DNA of 64,000 bases from Basidiobolus meristosporus CBS 931.73 (taxonomy: Eukaryota; Fungi; Basidiobolomycota). The notes beneath the pieces are model-generated. The model searched no databases. It had not been told where the DNA came from and saw only the letters and a program-made list of their open reading frames with translations. The position numbers were made by a program, and so were the translations under genes. Of this stretch, positions 27,143-41,177 are shown piece after piece. The stretch is from positions 46,589 to 110,588 of the forward strand of contig MCFE01000260.1 of assembly GCA_002104905.1 (NCBI GenBank), in the 5' to 3' direction. Numbering within the stretch: the first letter of the stretch is position 1; each line of letters opens with the position of its first letter.

Positions 27143-27862
27143 TCAAAACTCCCTGCGACGAAGGTCTACCCAGATGAACACAGTGGCTAGCGTCCACAAT
27201 GACAGCCCAGCATACGACAAATGGACAGACGTCTCAGGTAGGAGAGGGCATTTCTCCCCGATCTCAGGGGTATGCTCGCCGGCAAAGATCAAGATACTGC
27301 GGCCCTTGGCTTGGCGGAGGAGAAAATTTACAATCGCAGCACTCCACATCAAGAGAAACGTAATGTGGATAATTAGATGAATCACTTTACGGCTTTGCTT
27401 CTTGGCAACGTGGGAAACCAATGGAGAGCTCTCGTTTACCTCCGAATCCACCACACTGCCTGAGGTGCTGTTTGCAAGGATGGACTTGCATCGACGGATC
27501 CGTCCCCACATCCAACTCAGGATGTAAACAAAGGCTATTGCCCATGAAGTGATGCCACAGGCCATAACGAACGAAGCGGAGTTGTTGGGTCCACACACCC
27601 GGATGTACTGGATGATGGAGTCCATCAACATCACGCCAACCAAGAGGATGGTCATGCGGATGAACAGGAGCGGCCATCTGTGCGTCCAACTGCGTCTACG
27701 ATCCAGCTCAGGAGAAATGATCTCCGGCGAGACGAACGAGACGTATCTGGGACGTTTAGGACGAGAGGGGATTGGCACAACAGTGGAGGTGCGGATTATT
27801 GGCTTTTCACTCAGGTCATCGGTGTTCGAGGACAAAGAAGAAGAGGGGGAGGATGAGAGCAT
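27143..27862 (-). CDS. Hypothetical 4-TM (MARVEL-like topology) membrane protein, 239 aa
   Basis: Long intronless ORF with a Ser-rich N-terminus and four hydrophobic segments. Confidence 0.7.
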   Translation of the reverse strand: MLSSSPSSSLSSNTDDLSEKPIIRTSTVVPIPSRPKRPRYVSFVSPEIISPELDRRRSWTHRWPLLFIRMTILLVGVMLMDSIIQYIRVCGPNNSASFVMACGITSWAIAFVYILSWMWGRIRRCKSILANSTSGSVVDSEVNESSPLVSHVAKKQSRKVIHLIIHITFLLMWSAAIVNFLLRQAKGRSILIFAGEHTPEIGEKCPLLPETSVHLSYAGLSLWTLATVFIWVDLRRREF

Positions 27863-30369
27863 GGAGTGTTAGAATTGTGTGGCCGGAACCTGGTAAGATG
27901 TTTTCGCTTTTACAAGAAATTTAATAAGTTGGACGGAACGAACGGTTTTAACGAGAAATGTACATAAATATGGGCGGGTGTATACACTTGAATGGCGGAA
28001 GGGATTAGAAGATAGAGATCAATGAACAGCAAGGTCAAAGATATATCAGGGCTGCTACGTTGGACCCGTGGTCGCTTCAGTAGGTTTTATACTCCTACAG
28101 AATTGAGGTTTCATGACGGAGATTTATCCTTATTTTTGTAAGCAATTGTAAGGGGTATTTTATCGGTTGCATCTCCACAAACTTAATTATGTACTCATAT
28201 CACGAGATGGCAGCAATGTTTTCGAGTTGGCCTGGTGGGGCAGATTGGATGGTGGTGATGGCCAGATGTGGAGAAATCCTATGCAATATTTATCGATGAA
28301 ACCCTGGATTGGAGTAATTATCGGGACATGGCCAACTTGGTGAACATGCATTTTTCTCTTTATTGATTTTATGCATTCAACTAACAAAGTTCTATCTTGT
28401 ATCACGATGGTGGTCCTTCTCATCACTTTGGTGCTACTTACATTAATTGGAAATATGTATCACGGTGGAATTTTTCTGACTGAGGGATGTTGCCCGGCGG
28501 CTGGAATGGCATCTGATTCAAATATATCGACGCTGCTCCAGCGGCAACAAGCTCATCGACCCATTCTGGAAATAATTATTTGCTAGTTTCATCATGACCT
28601 AAATTCACACCCAGGGACGTTAGAGTGGCCTCCCACTCATTTCTGTATATTGGTTGCTTGTGTATTATATTAAGGATTCATCCGTAGACCCCATGACCAG
28701 TCTGGTCTCATTGTCCAGTGTGACAGCAGCGAGCATGGCCGGTTGTGGTGTTTTGTTTGCCTCGCTCAGCCAACCATCCGTATCGAGATAGCAGACGTTG
28801 AGCTCCAGACTGGATGCATCCTGACTAGGCTGTTTCTTGTGTGAAGTAGGCTCAACGAGGGGTGTGCCGTTGAGCGTGCTCCTCAGGTGTATCGTGAATA
28901 CGATTTGAGTCAACTGATGCCTTTACCTCAGGGTGTTGAGGTACACGCTTGGAGCAGGATTTAGGAGAGAGGCGGATACCGGCTCAGTCCAATTTAAGGA
29001 AGATCAGAGGAGAAACGGTGAAATCCATTGATCATATGTAGCATACAGTGGTTAATCGTCAGTCTTTGACACCTCTGTGGATGAAACTGCCTTATGGAAG
29101 CATCATGTCACTTGTTTTTCTCAAGCAAACCAGACACTAGGCTCCCAACCCGCAACGGAAGTTTGGAGTGTTTCACTCAGACCCGTTTGAACGTACACAC
29201 CCTATCTACCAGGCCGGTCTTGATCTTGTTTGGCTGAAAACACCAATTCCGGCCAAAGTATCCAGCTGCACCTGGATACCAGCATTGCATACCCTATAGC
29301 ATCAGTCATGTTGTCAGTGGCCGCAAGCGCTATCCGCAGTAGCAAAACCGGTATCTTCCGTTTTGGGGGCGATGGATCTCTGGAGCAACTTACTGATTTG
29401 TCTGGCTTCCAAGATCGCCTCGTTTTAATCAATATGTAGATAACGTTCTTCGGATTTTCACACATCTCAAGGCTCTTGACTTCCCCTCACTCTATATGAA
29501 AAACGGTTGCGTAATTATTCATTTGTGGGCTTGAGAGGGTGTTTGATAGGCTGATGCATGCTAATATAATAGAGGAACAGTGCATCGGTAGCCATGTCTC
29601 CTACGACTTGAACCAGTGGTTGCTGGCGAAATGCAGAAAAAGATCAAGTTTTGACATAGGCTGGTGTATACACGAGTGCAGTGTAGGCCTTGACTGCTGG
29701 CCATTCCAAGCTGCAAAAAGCCACCATGCATCTCACCTGATGGCTGCTCGGAACCTGCTCACTTGTGGTTCCTCGACGAACGTATTGATTGTCCTTCCAC
29801 ACTTTGAGGGTGGCCTGATGACATCATCTCATCGAGGGAAAGAAGGGTACGGTTGCCCACCTCCGGTGCAGAGTTCGTGCTACTTCTCGTGCAATCATGA
29901 CGTATAGTGACAACTTGTCCAACCAGCTCTGCTCGGTTGCTTCAACCTTCCCGGACTATCATTACGCTGGGAGATCTATTATTCCACATCTACAGCCTGT
30001 ACTCATGATTTGGGACATACTGGAGCCCTGGGAATAGCCACAATTCCATCTATTGATCAATCTAACTATGATTGTACAGTTGTCGGGCTCAGGGATCATC
30101 CGGATTGCAAGTGATCTTCATGTATTGTGCGCTCCCCCAGCATCGTGTCTTTTTTCGCATCTTTGATGAACAAAGAATCGATTTATTCAACATTGGTTCG
30201 GTCTACTTCTAGCTTTCAATTTCTATCGTAAATAAATAGCGGCAGAGTGAGAATATATAATATTAAACACGTTTTTGATCAATTGGATCCGAGATTCGGT
30301 GTAACCGAGTGAACGCAGAGCACAAGTCAATATGGCATGATGGGTGTTGTTCGTGGAGGTATTAATTGC

Positions 30370-32696
30370 TTAGGCGCCTTCGCCGTTTAATCTCCGTCTC
30401 ATAATATTCCTACGGACTTTTCTAACGGCATTTCCGACTCCCTCATTGGCTTCGTACGTCAGGTATGGCACTTGGACTTCAGACTCAACCTTCTCAAAAC
30501 CACCCTCGCGACGACCCATAACATGATTTAAGACGTCCCCTTCTATCATAGGCCACACCGGCAGATCCAGATTTCCCTTGACTATCCCCGTGACTCCAGA
30601 TTCCAGGAAGGCGGCGGGGAGGGGGGTTAGGATATGGAATTCCTGATCCTGTGGTGAAATTGAACGTAAAATCGCAAGTCCATGGCATGCGACTAGGGTA
30701 GGATCTGGGGAATCCGTGCTATATGCGGGTGGCGTCTAAAGAACGACATTAATAAAGGTGTTTGAGATAGGTCATGTTGCTGTGCTGTACCATCGGGCCT
30801 TCGTCATTCTCGCTCTCGTTCCCATTCTCCTCGTCATCCTGGGGTTTATCGGCCACCTCGCCAATTGGGCCAGTCAGCGCAACTACCGAGGAGTTAAGAG
30901 CATAAAGTAGCTGACTATAGGGCACATCGTCGAACAAGACAGAAACTTGAAGGTGCTTCCAGCCGATCTTGTAGGGCGGCCGAGCAATCAAGGGATACTT
31001 GAAGTCCCACCAGCCCTTGCTTCCATCCCATACCGACTTATGGCCTGCGTCCTGGTATGCAAGCGGGTTCATGTAAAGATAGGAAATCAGATTCAGAGTT
31101 CGTAGATCGGAGGCATGGTATTTGGGGGTGATATCATCAACCGAGCTTAGAAGAATGATCTTGGCCTCACGAGGGGTCTCCATCTCATCAACGAATTTGC
31201 TTGGCAGATCGGTGGGAATGTTGCGATACGGAACATTGGGTGAATGAAACTGGAAAATATGGGTTGGTGCTACATACTCCAAGAGATCAAACAGCAATTC
31301 CAATCCCATGTCTAATTGTTTGGGGGAAATTAGTAGCCGACTCACGATCTACCATGCATTGGCGAACTTACTCTTGACCCATCCCTGTGTATTGATGACG
31401 AGTGGTGCTTTGATTTCCTCTCCATTTGAGTTGATCTTGCATGCCAGCTCTTGACGGTATACGTTCACAAGCTCGCGGATGCAGGCCATGTAGTATCCAG
31501 GGTCGTCTCTGGGGGTTGTATTGCCGATAAAATAGCTGCGGTATGGCTTTTGGAGGTGTGTGAAGGGAGGACCTAGATAAAAATGTTGGCAATCATTAAC
31601 AAGCTGTGTAGGTGGTGCACATCTGTGGGAGGTCCCTTACCGAACACTGGATTCGAGACTAAATTCAAGGAGACCAGACCATTGGGAGTGAACTCCGATT
31701 GCCCAATGTCGCACTCCAGGTATGCGATATCTTTGTATCTGGAGAGATCATTGGGGGAAAAGGTCACTACAAGGTCGAATTGGTGGAAAGGTAACGAGAA
31801 GCAGACTTACTCATTCAGGAGGCTGTTGGACAAAAAGCGTGTGAACGTAGATTTGCCAACCCCTTTAGTTCCGCATACTACGATTATTGGGACGCTATTT
31901 ATCGCATCGGCGGGTACATGAGCGCCATTTATCAGGCGCTGGACACCGTCAACCCAGCTTTCGGGGGTCCGCATCCAAGGGGTGTTGGGAACGCCAAGAA
32001 TCTATAATAGAGTCATGTTAAGTTCCTCCAGATCATGTCTACTGCGGTTCGATGTACATACTGGGTAGAAGCCAGGAACTTTGAATTCGTATTCTAGCAA
32101 CTCCGGATGGTTTTGTATAACCTTTCTTCTTTTGGAGGGGGTAAGTCCAGCGAGATCCTCTGTGCGATTGGGATTGAACAGCTTGAATAACCCTTTGAAC
32201 ATAGGCACAACTGAAGTAATTCCATCAATTCCACACCACTGAATCCCTTTAATGGCGACAATGGTTTCAAAAGGTCCGTGCTGAAGAAGCTGCTTGGTAA
32301 TTTTAACTATGTCCTTTTTAATCTCGGCGCTTGGCTGAGGAGAAGGGGTATCCCGATACCCGCGTTTATCGTAGGGGGTACTCTCGATCATCAGCAGCGA
32401 ATATGCTTTTGGCGAGAAAGCTGGATAAAAATGGACAGGCTCGTTGCCGGTGAATTTTTTGTTGGGGGAGGAAAGAGTATGTCCAAGCAGGGTGAACGAT
32501 CCTTGAAGAGCACAGATTGCAGCTTGGCCTTGGAAACATAGATTCTAATCAAAATGGTTACTATTTCGCAACAATCGAGTCCAGTGATAAAAATGATAGC
32601 TACCTCCCCTGGCTTAAACCCTATGACACAGAGATCATGGCTCTCTGAGGCAACAACGTTGGTGGAGCATGGGGTGAAGTGAGATATGGAAGCCAT
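30370..32696 (-). CDS. GRC3: Polynucleotide 5'-hydroxyl kinase Grc3/Nol9 (Clp1 family), multi-exon
   Basis: P-loop VCGTKGVGKSTFTRFLSNSLL near 31810-31875; YLECDIGQSEFTPNGLVSL; C-terminal exon 30370-30558. Confidence 0.9.
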
Positions 32697-33762
32697 TACG
32701 CCTATTACCGTTTAGCTTCCTTTGGTAAAAGCCGAATATTAAAGGCAAGCCTTCGTAAAAATTCATGATTTTTTTTTCTTTTCCCAGCCTGTGCTGACTT
32801 TTTCCCTATTTCCTTCATTTCATCATTAATCTAAGCATAGAATTCAGGACATTATTCGATCGGGATGATAAAAATTTGACCGTCGGAACGAGGGTTATAA
32901 TAGTCATGAATTATCAACCACCACCCAAAATAGCAGTCTGACCCAGCATTTTGATCGTACAGCGTGCCAAGGCTGACTTATGTCAAAGGGAGGTCAAAAA
33001 CAATCACAGGAGCTGCGGATGAGTGTCGATGCAATCTTATGGCAGTGAGAAGCTGCCGGAGAACCATCCATGTGCTTAGTACAATTGGCCTGGTTGCTTG
33101 TTCCCAGCCATATTTGGTCCAGGGAGAAAGCCAACATAGGTTCGTCTGGTCGAGTTTCGCAGACCACTCTTAAATCTCCATGTTGTCCAATGAGACGGCG
33201 CTAACGCACTCACGTTCCACATGCGCTATTTTCTGATGATCTGAGCCCACTTGGACGAATGGTGACTGCAGGGATACAAATTACCCATTCGGAATCGATG
33301 GTTCCTTGTCATCTAAAGTTTAGTCTCCTCCACTGAGTTACCCTCGACCTAGAAATTAGCTTATATGAAGGGCGCTTAATATCTGAGCATCGATCACACT
33401 ATCTTAAACGAAAAGCTTGAGCGCAACCAGGGAGCGGCTATTGAATTGCACATTTAATGGTAAGTGTAAGGGGTAGTGTATTCCCTCCGGTGTGCAAATC
33501 AAGGTGCAGAGTTTATATAGCGTTACTAATAGGGGGCCCTCTTCACGAATTGTTTAAGATGCAACCAAAACGGCAGTCGGCAATGGCTCCTATTGGGTGT
33601 CTGACTTTACTTTACCAACGCCAGTACGACATGCTACTAAAATCCTTGGATGCTAAGAGTGTGGAATGGCTGGGAGGCGGGGTATGGGACATGCTAATAT
33701 AAATAGTCCGCAGGCTGAGCCCTTCAAAGTAACTGCTTTCAAGGGCATTTATAATCTCCATC

Positions 33763-34323
33763 ATGTTAGCCAACCAAGCCTCCATGGAACAATCCATCAC
33801 TCGACCACGCTCACTACTAGCAATTCGCGAATCTTTGGCTGTGACTGTTGCTTTACGCGCTGATCTCGAGTATAAGGAGGAGGATCTTGTTCCCTCGAGT
33901 GTCCCAGAGAACTTCAGGCATACAGATTCTTTACTCTGGAATACATTGCACGGGGAAGGAAAATTGGAGCTGGAGCCCCTGATTTTCCGTTCTGCTGATG
34001 AAAAGAAGGTGGTGATGATTGTGTATCTAGGGTCCAAGCTCTGTGGTCATAAAGGTATTGTGCATGGTGGTATGCTTGCCAGCCTGTTGGATGATACATT
34101 GGGGAGAACCATAATCCCAAACCTGCCTGGTAGTGTCGGTTTCACAGCAAATCTATCTATAAACTACCGTCGACCTACATTTGCTGACGATTTCGTTGTG
34201 ATCAAAACTGAGGTGGAGAAAGTAGAAGGTAGAAAAGGCTTTGTCAAGGGTCATGTGGAGGATACCAAAGACAACGTTCTGGTGGATTCACAGGCGCTGT
34301 TTATTTCACCCAAAAGTGAATGA
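33763..34323 (+). CDS. HotDog-fold thioesterase (PaaI/4HBT family); the start may lie upstream
   Basis: LCGHKGIVHGGMLASLLDD, FTANLSINYRRP, EGRKGFVKG. Confidence 0.9.
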   Translation: MLANQASMEQSITRPRSLLAIRESLAVTVALRADLEYKEEDLVPSSVPENFRHTDSLLWNTLHGEGKLELEPLIFRSADEKKVVMIVYLGSKLCGHKGIVHGGMLASLLDDTLGRTIIPNLPGSVGFTANLSINYRRPTFADDFVVIKTEVEKVEGRKGFVKGHVEDTKDNVLVDSQALFISPKSE

Positions 34324-35937
34324 GCCAACCTGTTTTTAGGCTATGTTACACAATAAAGGAATCATGCACCCGTGACTTGGCTATTTGTATATATCGGAAT
34401 AATGGTAATGATTGAGCCGATCGACGCTTACTCACCACATTAACTTTGCCTTGGGCATGGTGTCATTTCGTGCAAATGTTTGCTTATCTGATGGAGCTCT
34501 AATCGATTGCAATGCTGCGGAATCAAGGCTCCCAACCGTTCTTTTACCGCATTTCACCATTAGACGGAGATGGTTCCCAGGCCAGGACTTAGCACCAGAT
34601 TTATAAGCCAAATTAACCAGGAGGCCAGGATGGCGACTGCATAGGCCTTATGATTATCGTCCAAATCACCACTCAAAGATAGCTGAGCCATCTAACTAGG
34701 GCTGGGAATCTATATATCTTCCCCTTGCACAGCAAGAGCACGGCTGAAAATCACTACCTCACTGGGAGGACATGATTTGCGAATACCCTCGCCTGACCCT
34801 CACCTGGCACCATTCCGTGATCTTGCTGATATCCAAATCACTAGTACTCCATTCCCATTGGGCCTGGTTGGTGCCAAACAACCGTTCAATAAATATTGTG
34901 GTATTCAAATCAGATTGAACCAATCACGCTCGTAGCGTGTGTTAGCAATCTGTTCAATCCAAACTATAATTTACTTCCATAATCAACATCCACCTAATTG
35001 CCCAACGTTTGTTAGCCTGGTGTCGTCGCATGGATGTGGCCCGATACTTGATAGATGTGCTTCAGTGGGGCCATTTGCAGTTCAGAGCGGGTGCATGTGA
35101 GGCTTTGGGGTCTTCATACTGGAATGCGCTGAGATCTTCAACAATCACCCCATTGATCGTTGCGATAGCCTGAAGGGCTGGTCTACCATCGAGCGTCCCT
35201 GGCGATGGTCGATTCGGTCGTCAAGACGAAATTATTGCGTGATCTGACTGGCACAAAACTCACACATCACAGTAGCATCAGTCAAGGGCGAGAAATAAAC
35301 ATGTCTGTAAATCACCTTCAGACGGTGAAAATGGGTGCTTTTCATTTCTTATTTTGGCCCACATTGATAAAATAGATAAATTTCCACCTCGGGAATTTTT
35401 GAAGCGACTTTTTTTGCAGCGAGGGTCAACTGAACGTCGCTAAACACAGGGAAAGTAGGTATGGAGCCGGTCATTCCCATCTAGTCTTGTTGAATAGTTT
35501 TGGCTTAGGAGGCTTGTCACCTTGTTACTTTTGTTTTATTTCATGAATGCCTGAAAAGAGTGGCTGGTTAACCAACTTGCTATCGTTTCACTTAGGGATA
35601 GCTTGAGCTATTCGTGGAGTTGTCACTTGTTCCAGCTTTTGCGTGGACCAAAGTAAAGCACTCTGTTCATATACATGGAAGACCATTTTTAACCAGTTTT
35701 CTATACTGCAGCCTTTGGATATCATAGAATAGTGCAAGTATATTATTCAGTACGAAGGGATAGAGGAGCTTTTGTAGTTATCGATATATTCCATTTGCCT
35801 TACTAAGCAACATCCCTTTGACCCGTGCACTAAAGAGTCAGAAGGGCATACACTACGTGAATTTGCAGTCTTCTAGCACAGCAGAGAACAAAGCTAGTAT
35901 TCACACTCGCTAAAACACCCAAACACCGATTTCAACC

Positions 35938-38900
35938 ATGGATAATCTACTGGGCACTCTAAACGCTTCTTCTGGAGGTTCAATTGCTCGGTTTGGCGAG
36001 ACAGAGCCTGCGGATATTCCCGCTGAACTCACAACTCACAAGCCAGAACCCGTAGATGAGGAGAGCGGTGAAGACAGCAGTAGTGATGGCAAAGTTGGCT
36101 CTGTTGCTATGAAGCAGCCCAGAATAAGAGCACCTCCTGTAGACTCCGAAAAGCCCATCCCATCGATTTCGGCGAATAGATTTTATGCTTCTACAAGGTA
36201 ATGGTTGTGGAGATAGAGCGGGGTTTCCAACATTCAGTGGTCATTAACATCCTTTATCATGTGGTATTACAGCCGACCAATAAGTAAATACGCATCGGAT
36301 TATGAAGCCTCTGACATGGTAGGCATACGTTTCGCGATGGCATTTCTATTAAACGTATTCCCTCAGCCTAACCAGTAATCTTGCATGGAATAGGATCCTT
36401 CAGATGTGTCTGACGAAGAATCAGATAGTGACCTTTCTGATCTATACAGTGAGGACGACATGTCTTCAAAAAGCAAGAGCAGGAGTAAGCGAGCGAATCC
36501 CGCCCAGCAGGGTATACACAAATACAACTGGGTGGTTCCGTATGAACCAGTAACGATCCCCTTGGGAGAAAGGGTAACAGTATCTTGAGCCATAGTCATT
36601 ATGTGTTCAACTCACTCATTGCTCAATCCCTGTAGACAATCGAAAAATTACTAGCCCATAGATACTCTCCTCAAGACTCATCGAAGGAAGAGCTTTTGGT
36701 AAAGTACAAGGTAAGGCGAGAGACCCTATACTGACTGATGCTCAATACCATCACCAACGCCGGTTTCCCCTGCTTATTTCAGAACATGAGCTACTTTCAC
36801 GCTGAATGGGTTCCTAGAGAACGTGTGGAGCAAGAGCACTTGGGGAAAACCCGTATCAAGAGATTCCTAGACAAACAAAGCTGGGACACACAGTGGGGCG
36901 ATGATCACGCGTTCAATCCGGCATTTCTGAAGATCGATCGAATCATTGATGAAGGGGAGATTGCTGTAGAGGAGACTGACGAGGAGAGTGTGTACTTCCT
37001 TGTCAAGTGGTGTGGTACTCCTTACGATCAATCCACATGGGAAAAAAAAGAAGACGTTCTGAAGATTGACCCTCAGAAGGTCGAGGAGTTCCATCAACGT
37101 CGGTTAATCTCACCGGCCAGGCCAGAGAAACCGACCCCACGGCCACCAAAAAGTAGATTCGGAAAGTTGGAGCAATCTCCCTTGTTTAAACATAGCCATC
37201 AGCTCAGACCGTATCAACTGGAAGGGCTCAATTGGTTGTTGTTCTGTTGGTTTAACCATCAGTCCTGCATTATGGCTGATGAGATGGGCCTCGGGAAGAC
37301 CGTGCAATCTGTGTCGTTTCTTTACGAGGTGTTCAGAACGTATAATGTTCAAGGCCCCTTTCTTGTCGTGGCCCCGTTATCCACGATCCCGCACTGGGAG
37401 CGGGAATTCAAGGGATGGACCGAGATGAACGCCATCGTCTTCCATGGAAGTGCTACCGCTCGCAATCTCATTGTAGATTCGGAGTTCTACTTCAAAGATG
37501 CTAGCGGGGAGGTGATTCCTAATTTCTTCAAGTTTGATGTGGTGATCACCACATACGAAATGATCACCTCTGGATCTTTGCAATTGGCCCCTATCCAATG
37601 GCGAGTGGCCGTGTTTGATGAGGCGCATCGCCTCAAGAACAAGAGCTCTAAGGTGCTGGAAATGCTGAAAACCTATCATCTAGAGCACAGACTATTGCTC
37701 ACGGGAACCCCGCTCCAAAATTCTATGCATGAGCTCTTCAGCCTGCTGAACTTCTTGCAGCCTGATCGCTTCTATGATGAGAGGGCTTTCATTCATGAGT
37801 ATGGCTCCTTGAAAACCTCGAACGAGGTGGACAAAGTCCAGAAACTATTGAAGCCATTGATGTTGCGCAGATTCAAGGAGGACGTCGAGACCAGCATCCC
37901 AATGAAAGAGGAGACGGTGATTGAAGTTGAGTTGACCAGCATTCAGAAGAAGTGGTATCGGGCCATTTTGGAGAAAAACTTCACCTGGTTGAAGAAAGGC
38001 ACAAAGGGTAATTCCTATGCCGGACCCTCCCTGATCAATGTGGTCATGGAGCTGCGGAAATGCTGCATGCACCCTTATTTGATTCAAGGTGCCGAGGAGC
38101 GGATATCACAGGAACTAAATATTTCAACAAGCGAGGAGCATTTGAAGCATATGATCGAAGCCTCCGGCAAGCTGGTGCTTGTTGACAAGTTGCTAAAGAA
38201 ACTCAAGGACGGCGGCCACAAAGTGTTGATCTTCTCCCAAATGACCCGCTGCCTTGATATTTTGGCGGAGTACCTACGCGCCCGGGAATATGGGTTCGAG
38301 AGAATCGACGGCTCTGTTCGCGGGGAAATGCGGCAAGCAGCTATCGACAGATTCTCCGCCACAGATGATTCATTTGTATTTTTATTGTGCACTCGAGCCG
38401 GTGGCGTGGGCATTAACTTGACCGCCGCCGATACCTGTGTTATTTACGATAGTGACTGGAATCCTCAGAACGACCTTCAAGCACAAGCGCGTTGCCATAG
38501 AATCGGTCAGACCAAGCCAGTACAAATATACCGACTGATCACCCGTAACACGTACGAAAAGGAGATGTTTGACAGAGCGGGATTCAAGCTTGGGTTGGAC
38601 AAAGCCGTCCTGCAGAAAATGGATGCGGCATCAGCCATGCAGGAGGAGGAGGATTCCGACCTTTCGAAGCCACTCTCGTCTCTAAGTAAAAAGGAAGTCG
38701 AGGAGCTACTTAAGAAAGGTGCGTACGGTGCTCTACTTAGCGATGATCACGATAGCGCGAAATTCTGTGAAGAGGATATCGATCAAATTCTTCAGCGCCG
38801 CACTACCGTTATCAAACACGAAACGAACGAGAAGGGGTCTGTCTTTTCGAAGGCCACGTTTAGTGTAGGAAATTCAGACGATGTTGATATCGATGACCCT

Positions 38901-41177
38901 GATTTCTGGGACAAACTGGCGAAAAAAGCGAACATGGAGGTCGAAGACGAGGAGCTCAACAACCCTTTGATCATCCACGAACCTAGGTTGCGTCGTCAGG
39001 TACAGCGTTTTGGAACTCGCCACATAAAGAACTCAGACGTCTCTGAGCCCAACTCCGATGCTGAAGATGCAGATGACACTGCCTCCAGAAGAAAATCCAC
39101 CGATGGACCTCGAATTTGGAGTCTTGCTGAAAAGACCAAACTGGAGCGGAAACTAATGGTTCATGGGTATGGCAAATGGAAACAAATTCTGGAATTGTTC
39201 CCCCGCCGCACTGAAAAGGATCTATGGGCGGTCACACGGGCTATGCTGCAGCATGTCCTCAAAAGTGTAGAGAGAACATCCGAAGAAGACATCAAGCTGA
39301 TTGAAGACATTGAATCCATCCTGCACGACGACCCTATGCTAGAAGCATCGGATGATAAGCAGGATGGGAAGAATGAAACCGATGAAGAGATCAAGCCGTA
39401 CCCAGGTGCAACCAAGAAGCAGGTGGCTGAGTACAGGTCCTTTTTGATTGACGCGCCACAGGAGTATTTCGAGCATATCGATAAGAAAGGAAGGAATCTG
39501 CTGCTTCGTATACAAATGCTGTACACTATTCGCGAAAAGATCGTACCCAAGGATCCTCAACAAGCCAAGGCCATGAGAATGCCCAGAATTACTGGCGCAG
39601 TGCCAGTTGACTGGTGGGGCATCGAGGAGGACCGAGATCTCCTCCTTGGGATTTGTAACCACGGGTATCAGCAGTACAGAGAATTACGGCAAGACCCAGA
39701 GCTATGCTTCTATGGTCGTAAGTTCATCGACAAAGATGAAGGAAACGACCCAGATCAGAGCGGGTTGTTGGACCAGACGAACGGTAGTGAATCGAAAAAT
39801 GGCGAGGAATTCGATCAAGATCAATCCGGCGACCACACACAAGCCCTACTGTGGCCATCACGCGCGGATCTTGGTGTGCGGCTGCGGCGTATCATAGCTG
39901 CATTCCAGCGGGAGCAGCTGGCGACGCAGCGCAAGAGTAAGGAGAAGGAGAAGAAACAGCAGTTGATTGATAAAATGAAGCGCAAGGAAGAGCTTCAGAC
40001 CGAAAAAATGCGAGCAAAAGAAGAGGAGGCGGCATTACGTTTGAGCAAGAGGGATAAATTTGAATTCTACCGTACGCTTATGTCGTTTGGCGTTGAGAGC
40101 AATCCTGATGGGTCTCGAAACTGGGAGAAGTTCCGAATCATGGCCAGTCTCTACAGGAAGTCAGATGCTTTATTAGACGCGCAGTACCTCCACATGATGA
40201 AGACAGCCGAGAACGTGGTCAAAAGCCAGGGGGACGATGTCGACGATACCGGCGAAAACGAAGGTGTGGCCCTAACCTTAGAAAGATCCCGGAGGTTGTT
40301 GCGGCGCGTGGATATGCTGGATACCATTCGTAATAGGGTTCTGAACCATTCTCACCTAGACGAGTATTTATCCCAAGCCAAGCCAACACCCGGTCTTCCA
40401 GAGTGGTGGGACTTCAGCATTCACGACAAAGCGCTGCTTATAGCAACCGCCAAACACGGACTCAACCAAGGCGATTTGGTTTTGAATGACCCCGAGCTAC
40501 CTTTTGGTGACAGCCTAAACGTCAGCTCCAAGAACTCCGGTGCTTCTGCTACAAAAAACACCGGCAATAGCAGTGTCTCAGAGCCCGAGGATGACGTCAT
40601 CGAGACCAAGGGCCGGGGCGATGTAACGTGGTTGAAAGAATCGGTAGCCATGCGTAGACTTGATCACCTCTGTGAGCTTGTACTTAATCCACTAGTGAAC
40701 GCCAATGCCAGAAGATCGAAGAGAACTCGTAGATCCAGCCCTCCACCCACACCCAAAACCGATTATGCGATATCCAAAAAAACTGGACTCAAAATCACCC
40801 TAAGAATGAATAAGCGGGATCGTGGAAGTGACGTTGATAGCGGGGAGGATACGGATGAGATGCTCGAAATAGCCACCAACAAGATCTCCAGCCAATCGAA
40901 AAACAGCCATGACCGTAGGAAGCACAAAGCCAAAGCCGCCGCTCATTCGAAGTCCAGATCCGCACGCCATAGGAAAACCAACAGTAGATTGTCGCCACTA
41001 TATAGCAGCGAGGACTCCTTGAACGAGCTTTCGGGGATCGATTCGGAGCCTGACTCTGACGAAAGCAAATTCGAGACCTCGGTCAAATCTTCTCGCAAGT
41101 CCCCGAAGACTAAGAAACGCAAGCTCAATCAACCCACAAAGATGGAGAAAAAAGGAAGAGCACCATCAACTAAATAA
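35938..41177 (+). CDS. CHD6-9 (CHD7/Kismet)-class chromatin remodeller: tandem chromodomains, SNF2 ATPase, SANT-SLIDE-like region; ~5 exons
   Basis: LRPYQLEGLNWL, ADEMGLGKT, DEAHRLKN, DSDWNPQNDLQAQARCHRIGQ. Class-III signatures KKGAYGAL...FCEEDIDQIL, DWW..EEDRDLLLG..NHGY and GLPEWW...HDKALL...AKHG. Confidence 0.93.

Noticed and set aside
29230-29439. ORF with SIAY...GGDGSL resembling the TPP-binding GDGS motif of pyruvate decarboxylase or acetolactate synthase
   Set aside because: No NN at the motif end, no flanking exons with matching motifs, and the opposite strand is equally open. Chance or an unrecognisable relic.
28000-30300. Gene-like composition with several short ORFs and splice-like sites
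   Set aside because: I could not assemble a coherent reading frame or recognise a family. Possibly a decayed pseudogene; needs TBLASTX.
36867-41128. Many antisense ORFs within CHD and other genes (also 47442..47714, 50284..50769)
   Set aside because: Shadow frames of real coding sequence.
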